The notes under the pieces: generated by a model
What the model saw: only the letters and a program-made list of their open reading frames with translations
Told to the model about the DNA's origin: nothing
The model's database searches: none
Made by a program: the position numbers and the translations under genes
Source of the DNA: Gemmatimonadota bacterium
GTDB taxonomy: Bacteria; Gemmatimonadota; Gemmatimonadetes; Palauibacterales; Palauibacteraceae
Direction: 5' to 3'
DNA: 43,818 nt
NCBI GenBank assembly: GCA_046758745.1
Contig: JBHIAV010000023.1
Coordinates: forward strand, 1-43,818
Shown: one piece after another, positions 7,025 through 20,486 of the stretch
How the letters are laid out: every line of letters begins with the position of its first letter
How positions within the stretch are numbered: the stretch's first letter is position 1

Positions 7025-9082
7025 ATGACCGGCGCGGAGAGAGATAGCCGCCGACGGCTCGAGCGGTTCCTGGCCCACCGCTACCTATCGAGCCGACGCG
7101 GGCGAGGTTTCCTCTCCCTGATCACCCTCATCGCCGTCGGGGGCGTCACGGTCGGCGTGATGGCGCTCATCGTGGTCATCGGCGTGATGAGCGGGCTGCA
7201 GCGCGACCTGAGGGAGAAGATTCTCGGTGCCGAAGCGCATGGCATGGTGCTCGAGATCGGGCAGGATGTCCGCATGGAGAGCTGGGAGTCGGTACTGGGG
7301 CGCGTGCGCGAGGACCCCGAGGTGACAGCCGCCGGGCCCTTCATCTATACGGAGGTGGGGCTCAACGTCCCGGGCGAGAACTACGCCGAGGGCGCCGTCC
7401 TGCGCGGCATCCAGAACGACCCCGAGGCGCTCCTCACCACCCGCGTCGACGAGCTGATCGTCTCCGGACGAATGCCCTTCGGGCCGACCGAATCGGGAAA
7501 GCCCGGGATCCTCCTCGGCGCGGAGCTCGCCCGCCGGCTGGGTGTCTTTCCGGGACGCGAGCTGGCCGTCGTGGCGTTCCAGGGGGCCGAGCTCACAGCT
7601 ACGGGCATCCAGCCCCAGATGCGCCTCTTCGAGGTGACGGGGACCTTCGAGACCGGGCTGTACAACTACGATACCAAGTTCTCCTACGTGGAGCTGGAGG
7701 CGGCTCAGCGCCTCCTGCGCCTTGGATCGGCGGTGACGGGCGTTGAGTTCAACGTCACGGATCCGTGGCAGGCCCGCCTGGTGGGGGACCGGGTGGAGGA
7801 GGCCCTCGGGTTCCCGTACCGGGTGGACGACTGGCAGAGCCAGAACCGCAACCTCTTCTCGGCTCTCAAGCTCGAGAAGCTGGCCATGGGAGTGATCCTA
7901 CTCCTCATCGTTCTCGTCGCGTCCTTCAACATCATCTCCACCCTGATCATGGTCGTGACCGAAAAGGTTCACGAGATCGGGATCCTGCGGTCGATGGGGC
8001 TCACCGCGGGCGGCGTGATGCGGGTGTTCATGTACCAGGGGACGATCGTCGGGCTGGTCGGAACGGTGGCCGGGGTTACGCTGGGGGGCACGCTCGCCTG
8101 GCTTCTGGCCCGGTACGAGTTCATCACCCTCCCGGGCGACGTCTACTTCATCGACCGCCTACCGGTGGACGTGAACCCGGTGGACATGGCGCTCATCATC
8201 GTGGCCTCTCTCGCCATCTCGTTCCTGGCCACGATCTACCCGTCCCGACGCGCGGCCGAGCTCACCCCGGTGGAGGCGATCCGAGGGATCTACGATCCGG
8301 CGCGGGTTCCGTGGTGGCGTGCCCGCCGCAGGCACGGATCGAGATCTGCCGCGTCCGCCTCGCGGAGAGTCGCGTCGACCGAGCCGGCCGGGGGGGTGGC
8401 CCGGGTGGAGGGATTGCACCGGACGTTCGTGGACGCTGACGGACACGATATCCGCGTGCTCCGCGGCGTGGAGCTGGTGATCGACGCCGGGGAGACGATC
8501 GCCGTCGTGGGGCCGAGCGGGGCGGGAAAGTCCACGCTGCTGCACCTGCTCGGCGGACTCGATCGCCCGACCGACGGGGCCGTGATTCTGGGCGACCGGC
8601 CGCTCCACGAGCTGGACGACACCGAGCTGGCTCGCCTGCGCAATCGGTTCGTGGGTTTCGTCTTCCAGTTCCACCACCTCCTTCGCGACTTCACGGCCCT
8701 GGAGAACGTGATGATCCCCCAGATCATCGCGGGATTCGATGAGTCGACCGCCCGCCGACGGGCGCTCGATCTCCTCGACCAGGTCGGGCTGGTCGACCGG
8801 GCCGGCCACCGTCCCGGGAAGCTCTCCGGCGGCGAGCAGCAGCGGGTCGCGGTGGCGCGCGCGCTGGCCAACGAACCGGCGCTCTTGCTGGCGGATGAGC
8901 CGTCGGGTAACCTGGACTTGGAGACGAGCGAGCGCCTGCACCACCTGCTCTTCGAGCTGGTCGCGGAGCACGGGAGCGCGCTCGTAGTGGTCACGCACAA
9001 CAGCTCGCTGGCGGCGAGAACGGGCCGAATCTTGCAGTTGCGGGGGGGCGTACTCGAACCGGCAGTTGCGGAGCCGGTGTGA
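7025..9082 (+). CDS. Fused lipoprotein-releasing system protein: LolC/E-type permease plus LolD-type ATPase
   Basis: N-terminal part: RYL...GFLSLITLIAVGGV.VGVMALIVVIGVMSG ... LKLEKLAM ... LATIYPSRRAAELTPVEAIR (LolC/E). After a linker, in the same frame: GPSGAGKS, GFVFQFHHLL, LSGGEQQRVA, LLADEPSGNLD, VVTH (LolD). AGAAGG RBS before ATG 7025. Confidence 0.9.
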   Translation: MTGAERDSRRRLERFLAHRYLSSRRGRGFLSLITLIAVGGVTVGVMALIVVIGVMSGLQRDLREKILGAEAHGMVLEIGQDVRMESWESVLGRVREDPEVTAAGPFIYTEVGLNVPGENYAEGAVLRGIQNDPEALLTTRVDELIVSGRMPFGPTESGKPGILLGAELARRLGVFPGRELAVVAFQGAELTATGIQPQMRLFEVTGTFETGLYNYDTKFSYVELEAAQRLLRLGSAVTGVEFNVTDPWQARLVGDRVEEALGFPYRVDDWQSQNRNLFSALKLEKLAMGVILLLIVLVASFNIISTLIMVVTEKVHEIGILRSMGLTAGGVMRVFMYQGTIVGLVGTVAGVTLGGTLAWLLARYEFITLPGDVYFIDRLPVDVNPVDMALIIVASLAISFLATIYPSRRAAELTPVEAIRGIYDPARVPWWRARRRHGSRSAASASRRVASTEPAGGVARVEGLHRTFVDADGHDIRVLRGVELVIDAGETIAVVGPSGAGKSTLLHLLGGLDRPTDGAVILGDRPLHELDDTELARLRNRFVGFVFQFHHLLRDFTALENVMIPQIIAGFDESTARRRALDLLDQVGLVDRAGHRPGKLSGGEQQRVAVARALANEPALLLADEPSGNLDLETSERLHHLLFELVAEHGSALVVVTHNSSLAARTGRILQLRGGVLEPAVAEPV

Positions 9083-9115
9083 GGTGACAGGCCGAGGCGG
9101 CGCAGGGCGTTAGGA

Positions 9116-9616
9116 ATGCGGTGTGACAACTGCCGGGAACGGCAAGCCGAGATTCACCTTACGCAGATCGAGAACAGCGAGCTGACCACGCTGCATCTTT
9201 GCCCGACGTGCGCGAACGAGAAGGGCCTGGGGGGCGCCGCGCTGGCCGGCAAGGTGCCTCTCGCAGATTTCCTGGCACAAATCGGCAAGGGGCGGGAGGA
9301 GACGCCGCCGGCCGCTCCCGCCGAGCCGTGCCCGTATTGCGGTACGTCCGCGGCCGATTTCCGAAAGTCAGGACGACTCGGCTGCGCCCAGTGCTACGCG
9401 CACTTCGAGCCGCAGCTCCGGGCGCTGCTGCGCCGCCTGCACGGCTCCACCCAGCACGTCGGAAGGCTGTATTTGAGCGAGGGCTCCGAGGTGAGCGACC
9501 GGCTCGCTCGCCTCGCCGGCCTGCGCCGCCGACTCCAGCAGGCGATCGAGACGGAAGACTTCGAGTCAGCGGCGGAGCTGCGCGACCGGATTCACGAGCT
9601 CGAGGCGGCGCGGTGA
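9116..9616 (+). CDS. mcsA: McsA-like activator of protein-arginine kinase (4 CxxC plus UVR domain)
   Basis: CDNC, CPTC, CPYC, GRLGCAQCY and C-terminal AIETEDFESAAELRDRI; lies directly upstream of mcsB. Confidence 0.92.
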   Translation: MRCDNCRERQAEIHLTQIENSELTTLHLCPTCANEKGLGGAALAGKVPLADFLAQIGKGREETPPAAPAEPCPYCGTSAADFRKSGRLGCAQCYAHFEPQLRALLRRLHGSTQHVGRLYLSEGSEVSDRLARLAGLRRRLQQAIETEDFESAAELRDRIHELEAAR

Positions 9617-10728
9617 TCCGCACGGACGCCCCGATCGCGGACTACGGGCTCTCCTGGCTGGAAGGAGGGGGTGCGCACGGCGAGGTGGTGTTCTCCACGC
9701 GCGTACGGCTGGCGCGCAACCTGCAGGGCTCCGCGTTCGCTGTCCGAGCGGGACGGGAGGACCGGGCGCGGGTGTTCGAACAGGTAAGGGCGACCCTGGA
9801 GGAGAGCGACCTGCTCGGCGACGCGGCGCTGTGGGAGGTGGGTCGGCTCGAGCGGTTGGAGCGGAGTCTTCTCCTCGAGCGACATCTGGTGAGCCGCGAG
9901 CTGATCGGCCCGCCCGATGGAGAGGCACCCCCGTCTGCCGGGCTGGCGCTTGGCCGGGAGGCTTCGGTAGGTCTGATGATCAACGAGGAAGACCACCTGA
10001 GGCTACAGGCGCTGGACGGTGGCTTCCAGCTCGAGGAGGCGTGGCACCGCGTGGAAGGCCTCGACGAGGAGATCGGCCGGCTCCTCCCGTATGCCTTCCA
10101 CCACGAGTTCGGCTTCCTCACCTCCTGCCCGACCAACGTCGGTACGGGCCTGCGGGCGTCGGTGCTCATCCATCTTCCCGGTCTCGTGCTCACCAAGGAG
10201 ATCAGCCGGGTCCTGGAAGGGATCGCTCAGGTGGGGCTCACGTACCGCGGCCTGTACGGGGAGGGCTCCGAGGTCGTCGGCAACTTCTTCCAGATCTCGA
10301 ACCAGACGACGCTCGGAAAGAGCGAGGACGACCTGATCGACCACCTGGCGAAGGTGGTGGGGAAGGTGATCGACTACGAGAAGGGTGCGCGAGCGGTGCT
10401 GCTCCGCGAGGCCCCGGCGGTGCTGGACGACAAGGTGTGGAGAGCGTACGGGATCCTCCGGCACGCCCGTAGCATCTCCTTCGAAGAGTTGATGAACCTC
10501 CTGTCCGGCCTGAGATTGGGCGTGACTCTGAAACTTCTCCCGACGCCCAGGGTAGAGACGCTCAACAGGATCATGATCTTCGCGCAGACCGCGCATCTCG
10601 AGAGCGCGGCCGGTCACCGGCTCGACGAGGCGGAGGCCGACGTGCGACGGGCAACGTATGTCCGGGAGATGCTCTCCGCCGACGAAGCGGGCGCCCGGTC
10701 TCCCTCCGGGCCCGCTACCGCCGGGTAG
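9613..10728 (+). CDS. mcsB: Protein-arginine kinase McsB
   Basis: [59 protein letters not shown] overlap with mcsA. Confidence 0.95.
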   Translation: MIRTDAPIADYGLSWLEGGGAHGEVVFSTRVRLARNLQGSAFAVRAGREDRARVFEQVRATLEESDLLGDAALWEVGRLERLERSLLLERHLVSRELIGPPDGEAPPSAGLALGREASVGLMINEEDHLRLQALDGGFQLEEAWHRVEGLDEEIGRLLPYAFHHEFGFLTSCPTNVGTGLRASVLIHLPGLVLTKEISRVLEGIAQVGLTYRGLYGEGSEVVGNFFQISNQTTLGKSEDDLIDHLAKVVGKVIDYEKGARAVLLREAPAVLDDKVWRAYGILRHARSISFEELMNLLSGLRLGVTLKLLPTPRVETLNRIMIFAQTAHLESAAGHRLDEAEADVRRATYVREMLSADEAGARSPSGPATAG

Positions 10729-10762
10729 GGAATCCACCGATGGCCTCCGGATCGAGGTTCGG

Positions 10763-13230
<2,468 letters not shown>

Positions 13231-13234
<4 letters not shown>

Positions 13235-15669
13235 CGTTCGGCCGCATCTCACTGACATGCTGCGTCCTCACCGCCCTGCTGGCCGTGGGGACTCTTCCTT
13301 CGTGGGCCCAGGAGCCCCCTGCCGGACAGGCGGTGTCCGACACCCTGCAGGTCCGCATAGACAGCCTCGTCGTGAGGGGAGGGGACCGCTACTCCGCCGG
13401 CAACATTCTGAGGATCGCACGGCTTCATGTCGGGCAGGTTGTCACCGGGCCGGACCTCCAGGACGCCATCCGTCGTCTCTTCCGCACCGGAGATTTCGAG
13501 GACATCCAGGTGCGTGTGACCCCCGGCAGGCCGGCCGTCTTCGTCATCGATGTGGTGGAGCGTCCCTTCATCGGTAGGGTCGAGTTCGTCGGCCTCAAGC
13601 ACGCCGATGACCGGACGGTGAGGGACACGGTCGGCCTGTACGGCGGTTCGTCGCTCGACCCGTCCCGAGTCGCTCGCGCGAGAACGGTGATCCGCAAGAT
13701 GCTGGCCGATGAGGGATTCCCCCAGGCCGAGGTAGATACAACACTGATTCCGGACGCGATGGGGCTGGACCAGTTCGACCTCGTCTTCAGGGTGAACGAG
13801 GGGCCGCGTCTCGCCCTTGCCCGCGTCGAATTCACCGGCAACGAAGCCTTCTCCGACGACGAGCTACGGGGAGCGATGAAGACGGAGGAGGAGGGATTCA
13901 TCTGGTTCCGTCCCGGCGAGCTCCATCGTGACGAGTACCGGCAGGACCTGACGAGCCGACTCCCCGCCTTCTACGGACGGCATGGCTTCATCGACGTGGA
14001 GATCCTCCGCGACACCGTGGTGGTCGACCACACGACCGGCAAGGGACGAATCGAGATCCAGGTTCGCGAGGGACCGCAGTACCGGCTGGCCGGCTTCGAG
14101 ATCATCGGGAACCGGCGCTTTCCGGCCTCCGAGCTGGAGGAATACTTCGAGCCGGCGCGGAAGGGGCGACTGCCCGGTGGACGGGCTGCGCCCGACACTC
14201 TGATCACGTTCGACCGCACGAGCTTCGAGGAGGCGACAGGTCGGATTGCCGATCTCTACCGCGACGCCGGCTACCTGCGGGCCCGGATCATCCCGGATGT
14301 GGAGCGGCTTCCAGCGGACAGCGCGGCCGGACCTCCACGCGTCGTTGCGCGGTGGCTCATCGAAGAGGGGGACCCGGCCTACATCCGCACCGTTTCGATC
14401 GTCGGGAACGACTACACACACGACCGCATTATCCGCCAGGTGCTTCTCGTGCTGCCTGGAGACGTGTATTCGCAGCAGCGCCTCATCCAGAGCATTCGCA
14501 ACCTGCAGTCGCTCGGTTTCTTCGAGACGCTGCCGCCGGACCAGGCGATCCAGATCAAGCCGCGCCCGGATGGAGACGTGGACCTCGTGTTCCGGGTGAA
14601 GGAGAAGCAGACGGGCAACATCAACTTCGGGATGTCGGCGGCGGCCGCCACCGGCTTCGCGGGCTTCATCGGGTACGACCAGCCCAACCTTTTCGGTCAG
14701 GCGAAGAGCGGGCACTTCCGGTGGCTGTTCGGGAGCCGCACGCAGGACATCGAGGTCACCTACTCCGACCCCGAGATCTTCGGGTCCAGGCGCTCCCTCA
14801 CCGTCGGGCTCCAGAGCTCACGCGACCGCTTCCGCACGTTCAGCCTCGGCACCAGGCGGCAGACCGGCGGATTCATCGAGATCGGGTCGCCGCTGTTTCG
14901 TCTTCGTTCCACGCGACTGTTCGTCGGCTACTCCATATTCCGGGACGAGGTCAGCGATCTCGATGCATTCGGCGTCACGCCGGCCCAACGGCAGCTCATC
15001 ACCGAGGGAACGCGGAGCACGTTCAGCTTCCGGCTCGTTCGCGATACCCGCTCCGGTGGAATCTTTCCTACGGCGGGCAACCGGAACTCGGTCTCGGCCC
15101 GCTTCACCGGAGGCTTCCTCGGTGGCAACGGTGACTACGGGAAGTACCAGTTCGACAGCGACTGGTTCGTCCCGGTCGGGCAGCTCGGTGGCGGCCCCGG
15201 AAGCGTGCCGATCGACTTCACGCTGGGCCTGTCGTTCAAGGGCGGCTGGATCATCGGCAACAACCCCTTCTTCTCGGAGCGGTTCGTCGCGGGTGGCACG
15301 CAGGTCGGGATCCAGCTGAGAGGGTACGAGGAAGCTACCATCACGCCACAGGGGCATATACCGCGCAACGCCCCGTTCAGCGACCTCGACCGCGTCGGCC
15401 AGTCCTTCTTTGCGACTACAGCGCAATTCGGCGTCAAGCTGACGGACAACATCTTCGCCAGCGCCTTCCTCGACGCGGGAAACGTGTGGTTGCGAGCGGC
15501 CGACTTCAACCCGACGGATCTCTTGGTCGGAACCGGCGCAGGAGTAAGCTTGGTCACGCCTTTCGGACCCATCGGAATCGACTACGCGTATGGCTTCGAC
15601 CGGCGCGATGTCTTGGGGCGGCCGGACCCGGGATGGAAGCTACACTTCCGATTCGGCCGCATTTTCTAG
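13231..15669 (+). CDS. bamA: Outer-membrane protein assembly factor BamA
   Basis: Signal peptide, POTRA repeats, [12 protein letters not shown] barrel start, LRGY loop-6 motif, [13 protein letters not shown] and terminal Phe. Confidence 0.95.
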
Positions 15670-15695
15670 GAGAGTGACCGTTGAGGAGAAAGCGC

Positions 15696-16259
15696 ATGTA
15701 CCGTGTCGGGAGGCTTCCTGCCGTAGTGGCCGCGTTCCTGGCCTGTTCGAGTGTCGGGCTCCCGGCGCAGACTCCGCCGGCCGACGCGCCCTTCGTGTAC
15801 CTGAACTCGCAGGAGATCCTGACGCAGGCACCGGGATCGGCGGATGCACAGCGCACTTTCGAGCGCGAGCTGTCGGAGATGCAGACGGAGCTGCAGAATA
15901 GAGCGCAGGTGCTCGACTCACTGGTGCGTGACTACCAGCGACAGGAGGTGCTCCTCAGCCCGCAGGCGAAGGAGCAGAAGCAACAGGAGATCCGCACGGC
16001 GCAGCAGGAGCTCCAGACGCGACGCAACGAGCTCGACAACCGGGCCAGGCAGCGGCAGCAGGAGCTCCTCAAGCCGATCCTCGATCGGGTGAGCCAAGTG
16101 ATCGAGCAGATCCGCGCGGAGAATGGCTGGTCCATGGTCTTCGATGCTTCCTCGGAGGGGGTGGTGGCGGCGGATCCCTCGCTCGACATAACCCAGTTGG
16201 TGCTGAGCAAGCTGCGCGCTCAGGAAACCACCGAAGCGGCGCAGGGATCGCAGCCCTAG
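15696..16259 (+). CDS. skp: Skp/OmpH periplasmic chaperone
   Basis: Signal peptide, [10 protein letters not shown], long coiled coil, DITQLVL; lies between bamA and lpxD; AGGAG RBS before ATG 15696. Confidence 0.92.
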   Translation: MYRVGRLPAVVAAFLACSSVGLPAQTPPADAPFVYLNSQEILTQAPGSADAQRTFERELSEMQTELQNRAQVLDSLVRDYQRQEVLLSPQAKEQKQQEIRTAQQELQTRRNELDNRARQRQQELLKPILDRVSQVIEQIRAENGWSMVFDASSEGVVAADPSLDITQLVLSKLRAQETTEAAQGSQP

Positions 16260-16279
16260 CCGCGACTCCCGGAGCGCGC

Positions 16280-17308
16280 GTGGGCTCCTTCACCGTACGA
16301 GAGCTCGCCGACCTCGTGTCGGGCACCGTCGAAGGGGACCCCGGCCGCCGTGTCTCCGGGGTGGCGGCCGTGAGCGCTGCCGGGCCGGAAGACCTCACCT
16401 TCGTGGTGAATAGCAGGTACGAGCGGGTTCTCGCCAGGACACGTCCGGGCGCGGCGCTCATCCCCGTCGACATGGCTACCAGCGTCGCGGAGACCACACT
16501 CATTCGCGTCGCCGACCCGCAGCTCGCATTCAGCTGTCTCGTTCCCCTCTTCCATCCGACAGAGCGACGGACGCCCTGCATCGAACCCTCGGCAGTGCTC
16601 GGGAAGGACGTCCGTCTCGGCGAAGACGTATCCATCGGACCGTTCGCGGTCATCGGCGATGGCGCCTTCCTGGGCGCCCACACGGTGGTGGGCGCTCATG
16701 CGGTCATCGAGCGGGCGGCGCGCATCGGCGAGGACTGCGTCATCGGCGCCGGGTGCTCGGTGATGTGGGGGGTGGAGGTTGGAGATCGGGTGCGGCTTCA
16801 CCCGGGCGTTCGGCTTGGGACGGACGGCTTCGGGTACGTATCGGGGGACACCGGACATGTGAAGGTGCCTCAGATCGGTGGCTGCGTGATCGGCGATGAC
16901 GTGGAGATCGGAGCGAACAGCACGGTGGACCGTGGCGCCATCGGCGACACTGTCATTGGAGCGGGCACGAAGATCGACAACCTCGTGCACATCGGACACA
17001 ACGTCCGCATTGGGAAGCAGTGCGTGATCGTGGCCCAGGTGGGGGTGGCGGGGAGCGTGCGCATCGGGGACGAGGTACAGCTCGCCGGACAGGCGGGGAT
17101 AGCCGGTCACCTGACGATCGGGGCCGGGGCGCGGATCGCCGCCCAGGCGGGTGTGATCGGGGACGTTCCGGCCGGTGCCACGTATTCGGGCTATCCGGCG
17201 CGCCCGCACCGTGACTCACTCCGCGCCAGCGCCGTCCTCAGGAAGCTGCCCGACCTGCTGCAGCGAATCCGACGGATCGAGAAGAAGCTCGACCGGGAGA
17301 ACAAGTGA
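16280..17308 (+). CDS. lpxD: UDP-3-O-acylglucosamine N-acyltransferase
   Basis: Hexapeptide repeats; [28 protein letters not shown]. Confidence 0.96.
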   Translation: MGSFTVRELADLVSGTVEGDPGRRVSGVAAVSAAGPEDLTFVVNSRYERVLARTRPGAALIPVDMATSVAETTLIRVADPQLAFSCLVPLFHPTERRTPCIEPSAVLGKDVRLGEDVSIGPFAVIGDGAFLGAHTVVGAHAVIERAARIGEDCVIGAGCSVMWGVEVGDRVRLHPGVRLGTDGFGYVSGDTGHVKVPQIGGCVIGDDVEIGANSTVDRGAIGDTVIGAGTKIDNLVHIGHNVRIGKQCVIVAQVGVAGSVRIGDEVQLAGQAGIAGHLTIGAGARIAAQAGVIGDVPAGATYSGYPARPHRDSLRASAVLRKLPDLLQRIRRIEKKLDRENK

Positions 17309-18606
17309 CGCCAAGCGGCGCAGAGAGCGAGCGTCAGAGGACGATCGGCGGGCCGGTCGCTCTCGAGGGGACGGGCCTGCACACGGGGCGGCCCGTTCGG
17401 GCCATGCTCCTCCCCGCCGAGGCGGACACGGGACTCGTGTTCCGACGCATGGATCTCGATGGCACGCCGGAGATTCGGGCCTCTTCCGAGAACGTGAGTG
17501 GGGTGGAGTGGGAGACGGTGATCGGCTCCGGCGACGTGGTGGTACGCACGATCGAGCACCTCCTCGCCGCGCTCGCCGCCGCCGGGGTGGACAACGTCGA
17601 GATCCAGCTCGAGGGAGAGGAACCGCCCGCGCTCGACGGGAGCTCGGAGAGCTGGTGCCGGGTGATCGAGGAGGTGGGCGTCACCGAGCAGGAGGCACGG
17701 CCGATCACGATCGTGATCGAGGAGCCGCTCTACGTGCGCGACGACGACTCCACGTACACGGTCGTCCCGTATCCCGGCTACCGCGTGTCGGCTCAGATCG
17801 ACTTCGAGCACGGCACCATCGGGCGACAGTTCGCCTCCGTGGAAGTGGAACGGGAGGCGTTCTGCCGGGAGGTGGCCGCGGCCCGGACCTTCGGCTTCGA
17901 GCGGTGGCAGCAGCCGCTCACGGCGAAGGGCCTCGCGCTCGGTGCGAGTCACGAGAACACGATCGTGCTCACCGACGAAGGGCTGGCCCCCGGAGTGGAG
18001 CTTCGCTTTCCGGACGAGTTCGTGCGCCACAAGATCATCGACCTCATCGGCGACTTGGCGCTCATCGGCGCCCGCATACGGGGACACGTGTTCGCGGAGC
18101 GTCCGAGCCATAGGGGCAACGTGAAGCTCGCCCGTCGTCTCAGCATGATGCTGACCCACGAAGAGGAGCGGCCGGTGCTCGACATCCAGGATATCCTCAA
18201 GTACATCCCGCACCGTTTTCCCTTCCTCCTCGTCGACCGGATCCTCGAGTTCGAGCCGGGAAAGCGCATCGTCGGCCTCAAGAACGTGACGATGAACGAG
18301 CCCTTCTTCACGGGTCATTTCCCGGACCATCCGATCATGCCGGGGGTGTTGATCATCGAGGCGATGGCCCAGGTGGGCGGCCTGCTGCTCATGAACGAGT
18401 TCGACGACCCGCAGGACAAGGTCGTCTACTTCATGGCGCTCGATGAGGTGAAATTCCGTCGACCGGTGACGCCGGGCGACCAGCTGATCTTCGAGCTCGA
18501 GATGCTCCAGGTCCGAGGACGGGTGTGCAAGATGCGCGGCGAGGGACGGGTGGACGGCCGCACGGTCGCGGAGGCGACCATGCTGGCGCAGGTCGTGGAC
18601 AGATGA
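17305..18606 (+). CDS. lpxC/fabZ: Bifunctional LpxC deacetylase / FabZ dehydratase
   Basis: LpxC motifs [32 protein letters not shown], followed in the same ORF by FabZ motifs [13 protein letters not shown] and [20 protein letters not shown]. Confidence 0.95.
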   Translation: MTPSGAESERQRTIGGPVALEGTGLHTGRPVRAMLLPAEADTGLVFRRMDLDGTPEIRASSENVSGVEWETVIGSGDVVVRTIEHLLAALAAAGVDNVEIQLEGEEPPALDGSSESWCRVIEEVGVTEQEARPITIVIEEPLYVRDDDSTYTVVPYPGYRVSAQIDFEHGTIGRQFASVEVEREAFCREVAAARTFGFERWQQPLTAKGLALGASHENTIVLTDEGLAPGVELRFPDEFVRHKIIDLIGDLALIGARIRGHVFAERPSHRGNVKLARRLSMMLTHEEERPVLDIQDILKYIPHRFPFLLVDRILEFEPGKRIVGLKNVTMNEPFFTGHFPDHPIMPGVLIIEAMAQVGGLLLMNEFDDPQDKVVYFMALDEVKFRRPVTPGDQLIFELEMLQVRGRVCKMRGEGRVDGRTVAEATMLAQVVDR

Positions 18607-19397
18607 GCCGGGTTGAGACGGCGACGGACCTTCGCCACCCCACGGCGCTCATCCACCCCGAGGCGCGGGTTTCCGACTCCGCCAGCATAGGCCCGTACTC
18701 CATCATCGGGCCCGACGTTCAGCTCGGTGAGGGCGTCAGAATCGATTCCCACGTGCTGATCGAGAGGGACACGCGCATCGGTCCGCACAGCCGGGTGGGC
18801 AAGGGAGCCGTCCTGGGCACCGACCCGCAGGACCTGAAGTACGAGGGGGAAGAGACGATCCTGAAGGTCGGCGCACGCACGACAATTCGCGAATATGCGA
18901 CGCTGAACCGGGGCACCGCGGCCTCGGGGACCACCCGGGTGGGTGACGACTGCCTCATCATGGCCTATGCCCACATCGCGCACGACTGCCGAATCGGCGA
19001 CCACGTCATCCTGGCGAACGCGGTCAACATGGGCGGTCACGTGGAGATCAACGACTGGGCGATCGTCGGCGGCCTGACGGCGATCCACCAGTTCGTGCGT
19101 ATAGGCCGGCACAGCTTCGTCGGCGGCGGCTCGCGGCTTCCCCAGGACGTGGCCCCGTTCGTGACCGTGGCCGGGAACCCGTGCGTGGCGTACGGCCTCA
19201 ACATCGTGGGGCTTCGCCGCCGCGGCTTCAGCCGCGACACCCTCGAGGAGCTGCGCGACGCGTACCGGAGGATCTTCCAGTCGAGCCTCAACATCGGCCA
19301 GGCGCTCGAGGAGCTGGAGGCGGTCCCCGACCATGGTCCCGAGGTGGCCCACCTCATCGAATTCATCCGGACCAGCAAGCGCGGCATCACGACGTGA
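18603..19397 (+). CDS. lpxA: Acyl-ACP--UDP-GlcNAc acyltransferase
   Basis: HPTALIHP, PQDLKYEGE, MAYAHIAHDC, AIHQFVRIG, GLNIVGLRRRGF. Confidence 0.96.
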   Translation: MSRVETATDLRHPTALIHPEARVSDSASIGPYSIIGPDVQLGEGVRIDSHVLIERDTRIGPHSRVGKGAVLGTDPQDLKYEGEETILKVGARTTIREYATLNRGTAASGTTRVGDDCLIMAYAHIAHDCRIGDHVILANAVNMGGHVEINDWAIVGGLTAIHQFVRIGRHSFVGGGSRLPQDVAPFVTVAGNPCVAYGLNIVGLRRRGFSRDTLEELRDAYRRIFQSSLNIGQALEELEAVPDHGPEVAHLIEFIRTSKRGITT

Positions 19398-20374
19398 CGG
19401 CGATCCGGATAGGGGTGGTCGGCGTGGGCCGCCTCGGCGCACAGCACGCCCGCATTCTCGCCGTAATGCCGGGGGCTCGCCTCATCGGCGTGCACGACGC
19501 GTCTTCCGAACGAACCACGGCGGTGGCAGACCAGGCCGGCGTGCGCGCGTTCCCGAATCTCTCCCAATTACTTCGCGAAGTCGAAGCCGTCGTCGTCGCC
19601 GTGCCCACCGTCGAGCACGCGGCCGTGGCGCGGGCGGCCCTGCTCGCCGGGTGCCACGTGCTGGTGGAGAAGCCCTTCACCACCACTCTCGCAGAGGCGG
19701 ACGAGCTGATCGACCTCGCGGAGACCCGGGAGCTGAAGCTCAGCGTCGGGCACGTGGAGCGGTTCAACAGCGCCCTTCGCGCCGCCGAGTCGTACCTCGA
19801 GTCTCCCCGGTTCATCGAGTCGCACCGCCTCGCGCCCTTCCAGCTCCGAGGTACGGACGTGCCGGTCGTGCTCGACCTCATGATCCACGACATCGATCTC
19901 GTCCTCGGGCTCCTCGACAGCCCGGTGGCGAGCCTTCACGCGGTCGGAATCCCGGTCCTCACGGACTCGGTCGACATCGCGAACGCGAGGATTGTGTTCG
20001 AGGACGGCGCGGTGGCGGACATCACGGCGAGCCGCGTTTCGGTCGAGCGCACGCGAAAGCTCCGCGTGTGGCAGCCGTCGGGATACATCAGCCTGGACCT
20101 GGCGAGAGGGACAGGAGAGTTCTTTCGTCGCAGGCCCGGGCCGACCCTGCCGACCCTGGGGCCGCCGTCTCTGCTCGACGTGGTGGAGCGGGTTCGGCTG
20201 GCCGGGGACGAGGAGGAGCCGCTCCGGCTCCAGCTGGAGTCCTTTCTCCGTCTCGTCGACGGCGAGGCGTCGAGCAGTGTGTCCGCCCGGTCCGGACGCG
20301 CCGCCCTCGACGTGGCGCTCCGGATCGCACGGGAGATCGAACAGTACGCCGATGTCGCTGCACCGCATCCGTGA
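19394..20374 (+). CDS. Gfo/Idh/MocA oxidoreductase, GnnA-like by position
   Basis: Rossmann motif GVVGVGRLG, HVLVEKP, VGHVERFN, DVPVVLDLMIHDID; lies between lpxA and lpxB. Confidence 0.9.
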   Translation: MTAIRIGVVGVGRLGAQHARILAVMPGARLIGVHDASSERTTAVADQAGVRAFPNLSQLLREVEAVVVAVPTVEHAAVARAALLAGCHVLVEKPFTTTLAEADELIDLAETRELKLSVGHVERFNSALRAAESYLESPRFIESHRLAPFQLRGTDVPVVLDLMIHDIDLVLGLLDSPVASLHAVGIPVLTDSVDIANARIVFEDGAVADITASRVSVERTRKLRVWQPSGYISLDLARGTGEFFRRRPGPTLPTLGPPSLLDVVERVRLAGDEEEPLRLQLESFLRLVDGEASSSVSARSGRAALDVALRIAREIEQYADVAAPHP

Positions 20375-20486
20375 AGAGAGGAAGAAGCTAGGCCTCGGGA
20401 CGAAGCGCGGGCCGAAAACGATCACTCTGATCCTGCTCCTCGTGCTCGTGCTTCTCCTGATCGCCTTCCTCGATCGTGTCGCCTGA
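20352..20486 (+). CDS. Small basic protein with a C-terminal transmembrane helix, 44 aa
   Basis: MSLHRIREERKKLGLGTKRGPKTITLILLLVLVLLLIAFLDRVA; fills the gap between the oxidoreductase gene and lpxB and overlaps both. Confidence 0.7.
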   Translation: MSLHRIREERKKLGLGTKRGPKTITLILLLVLVLLLIAFLDRVA

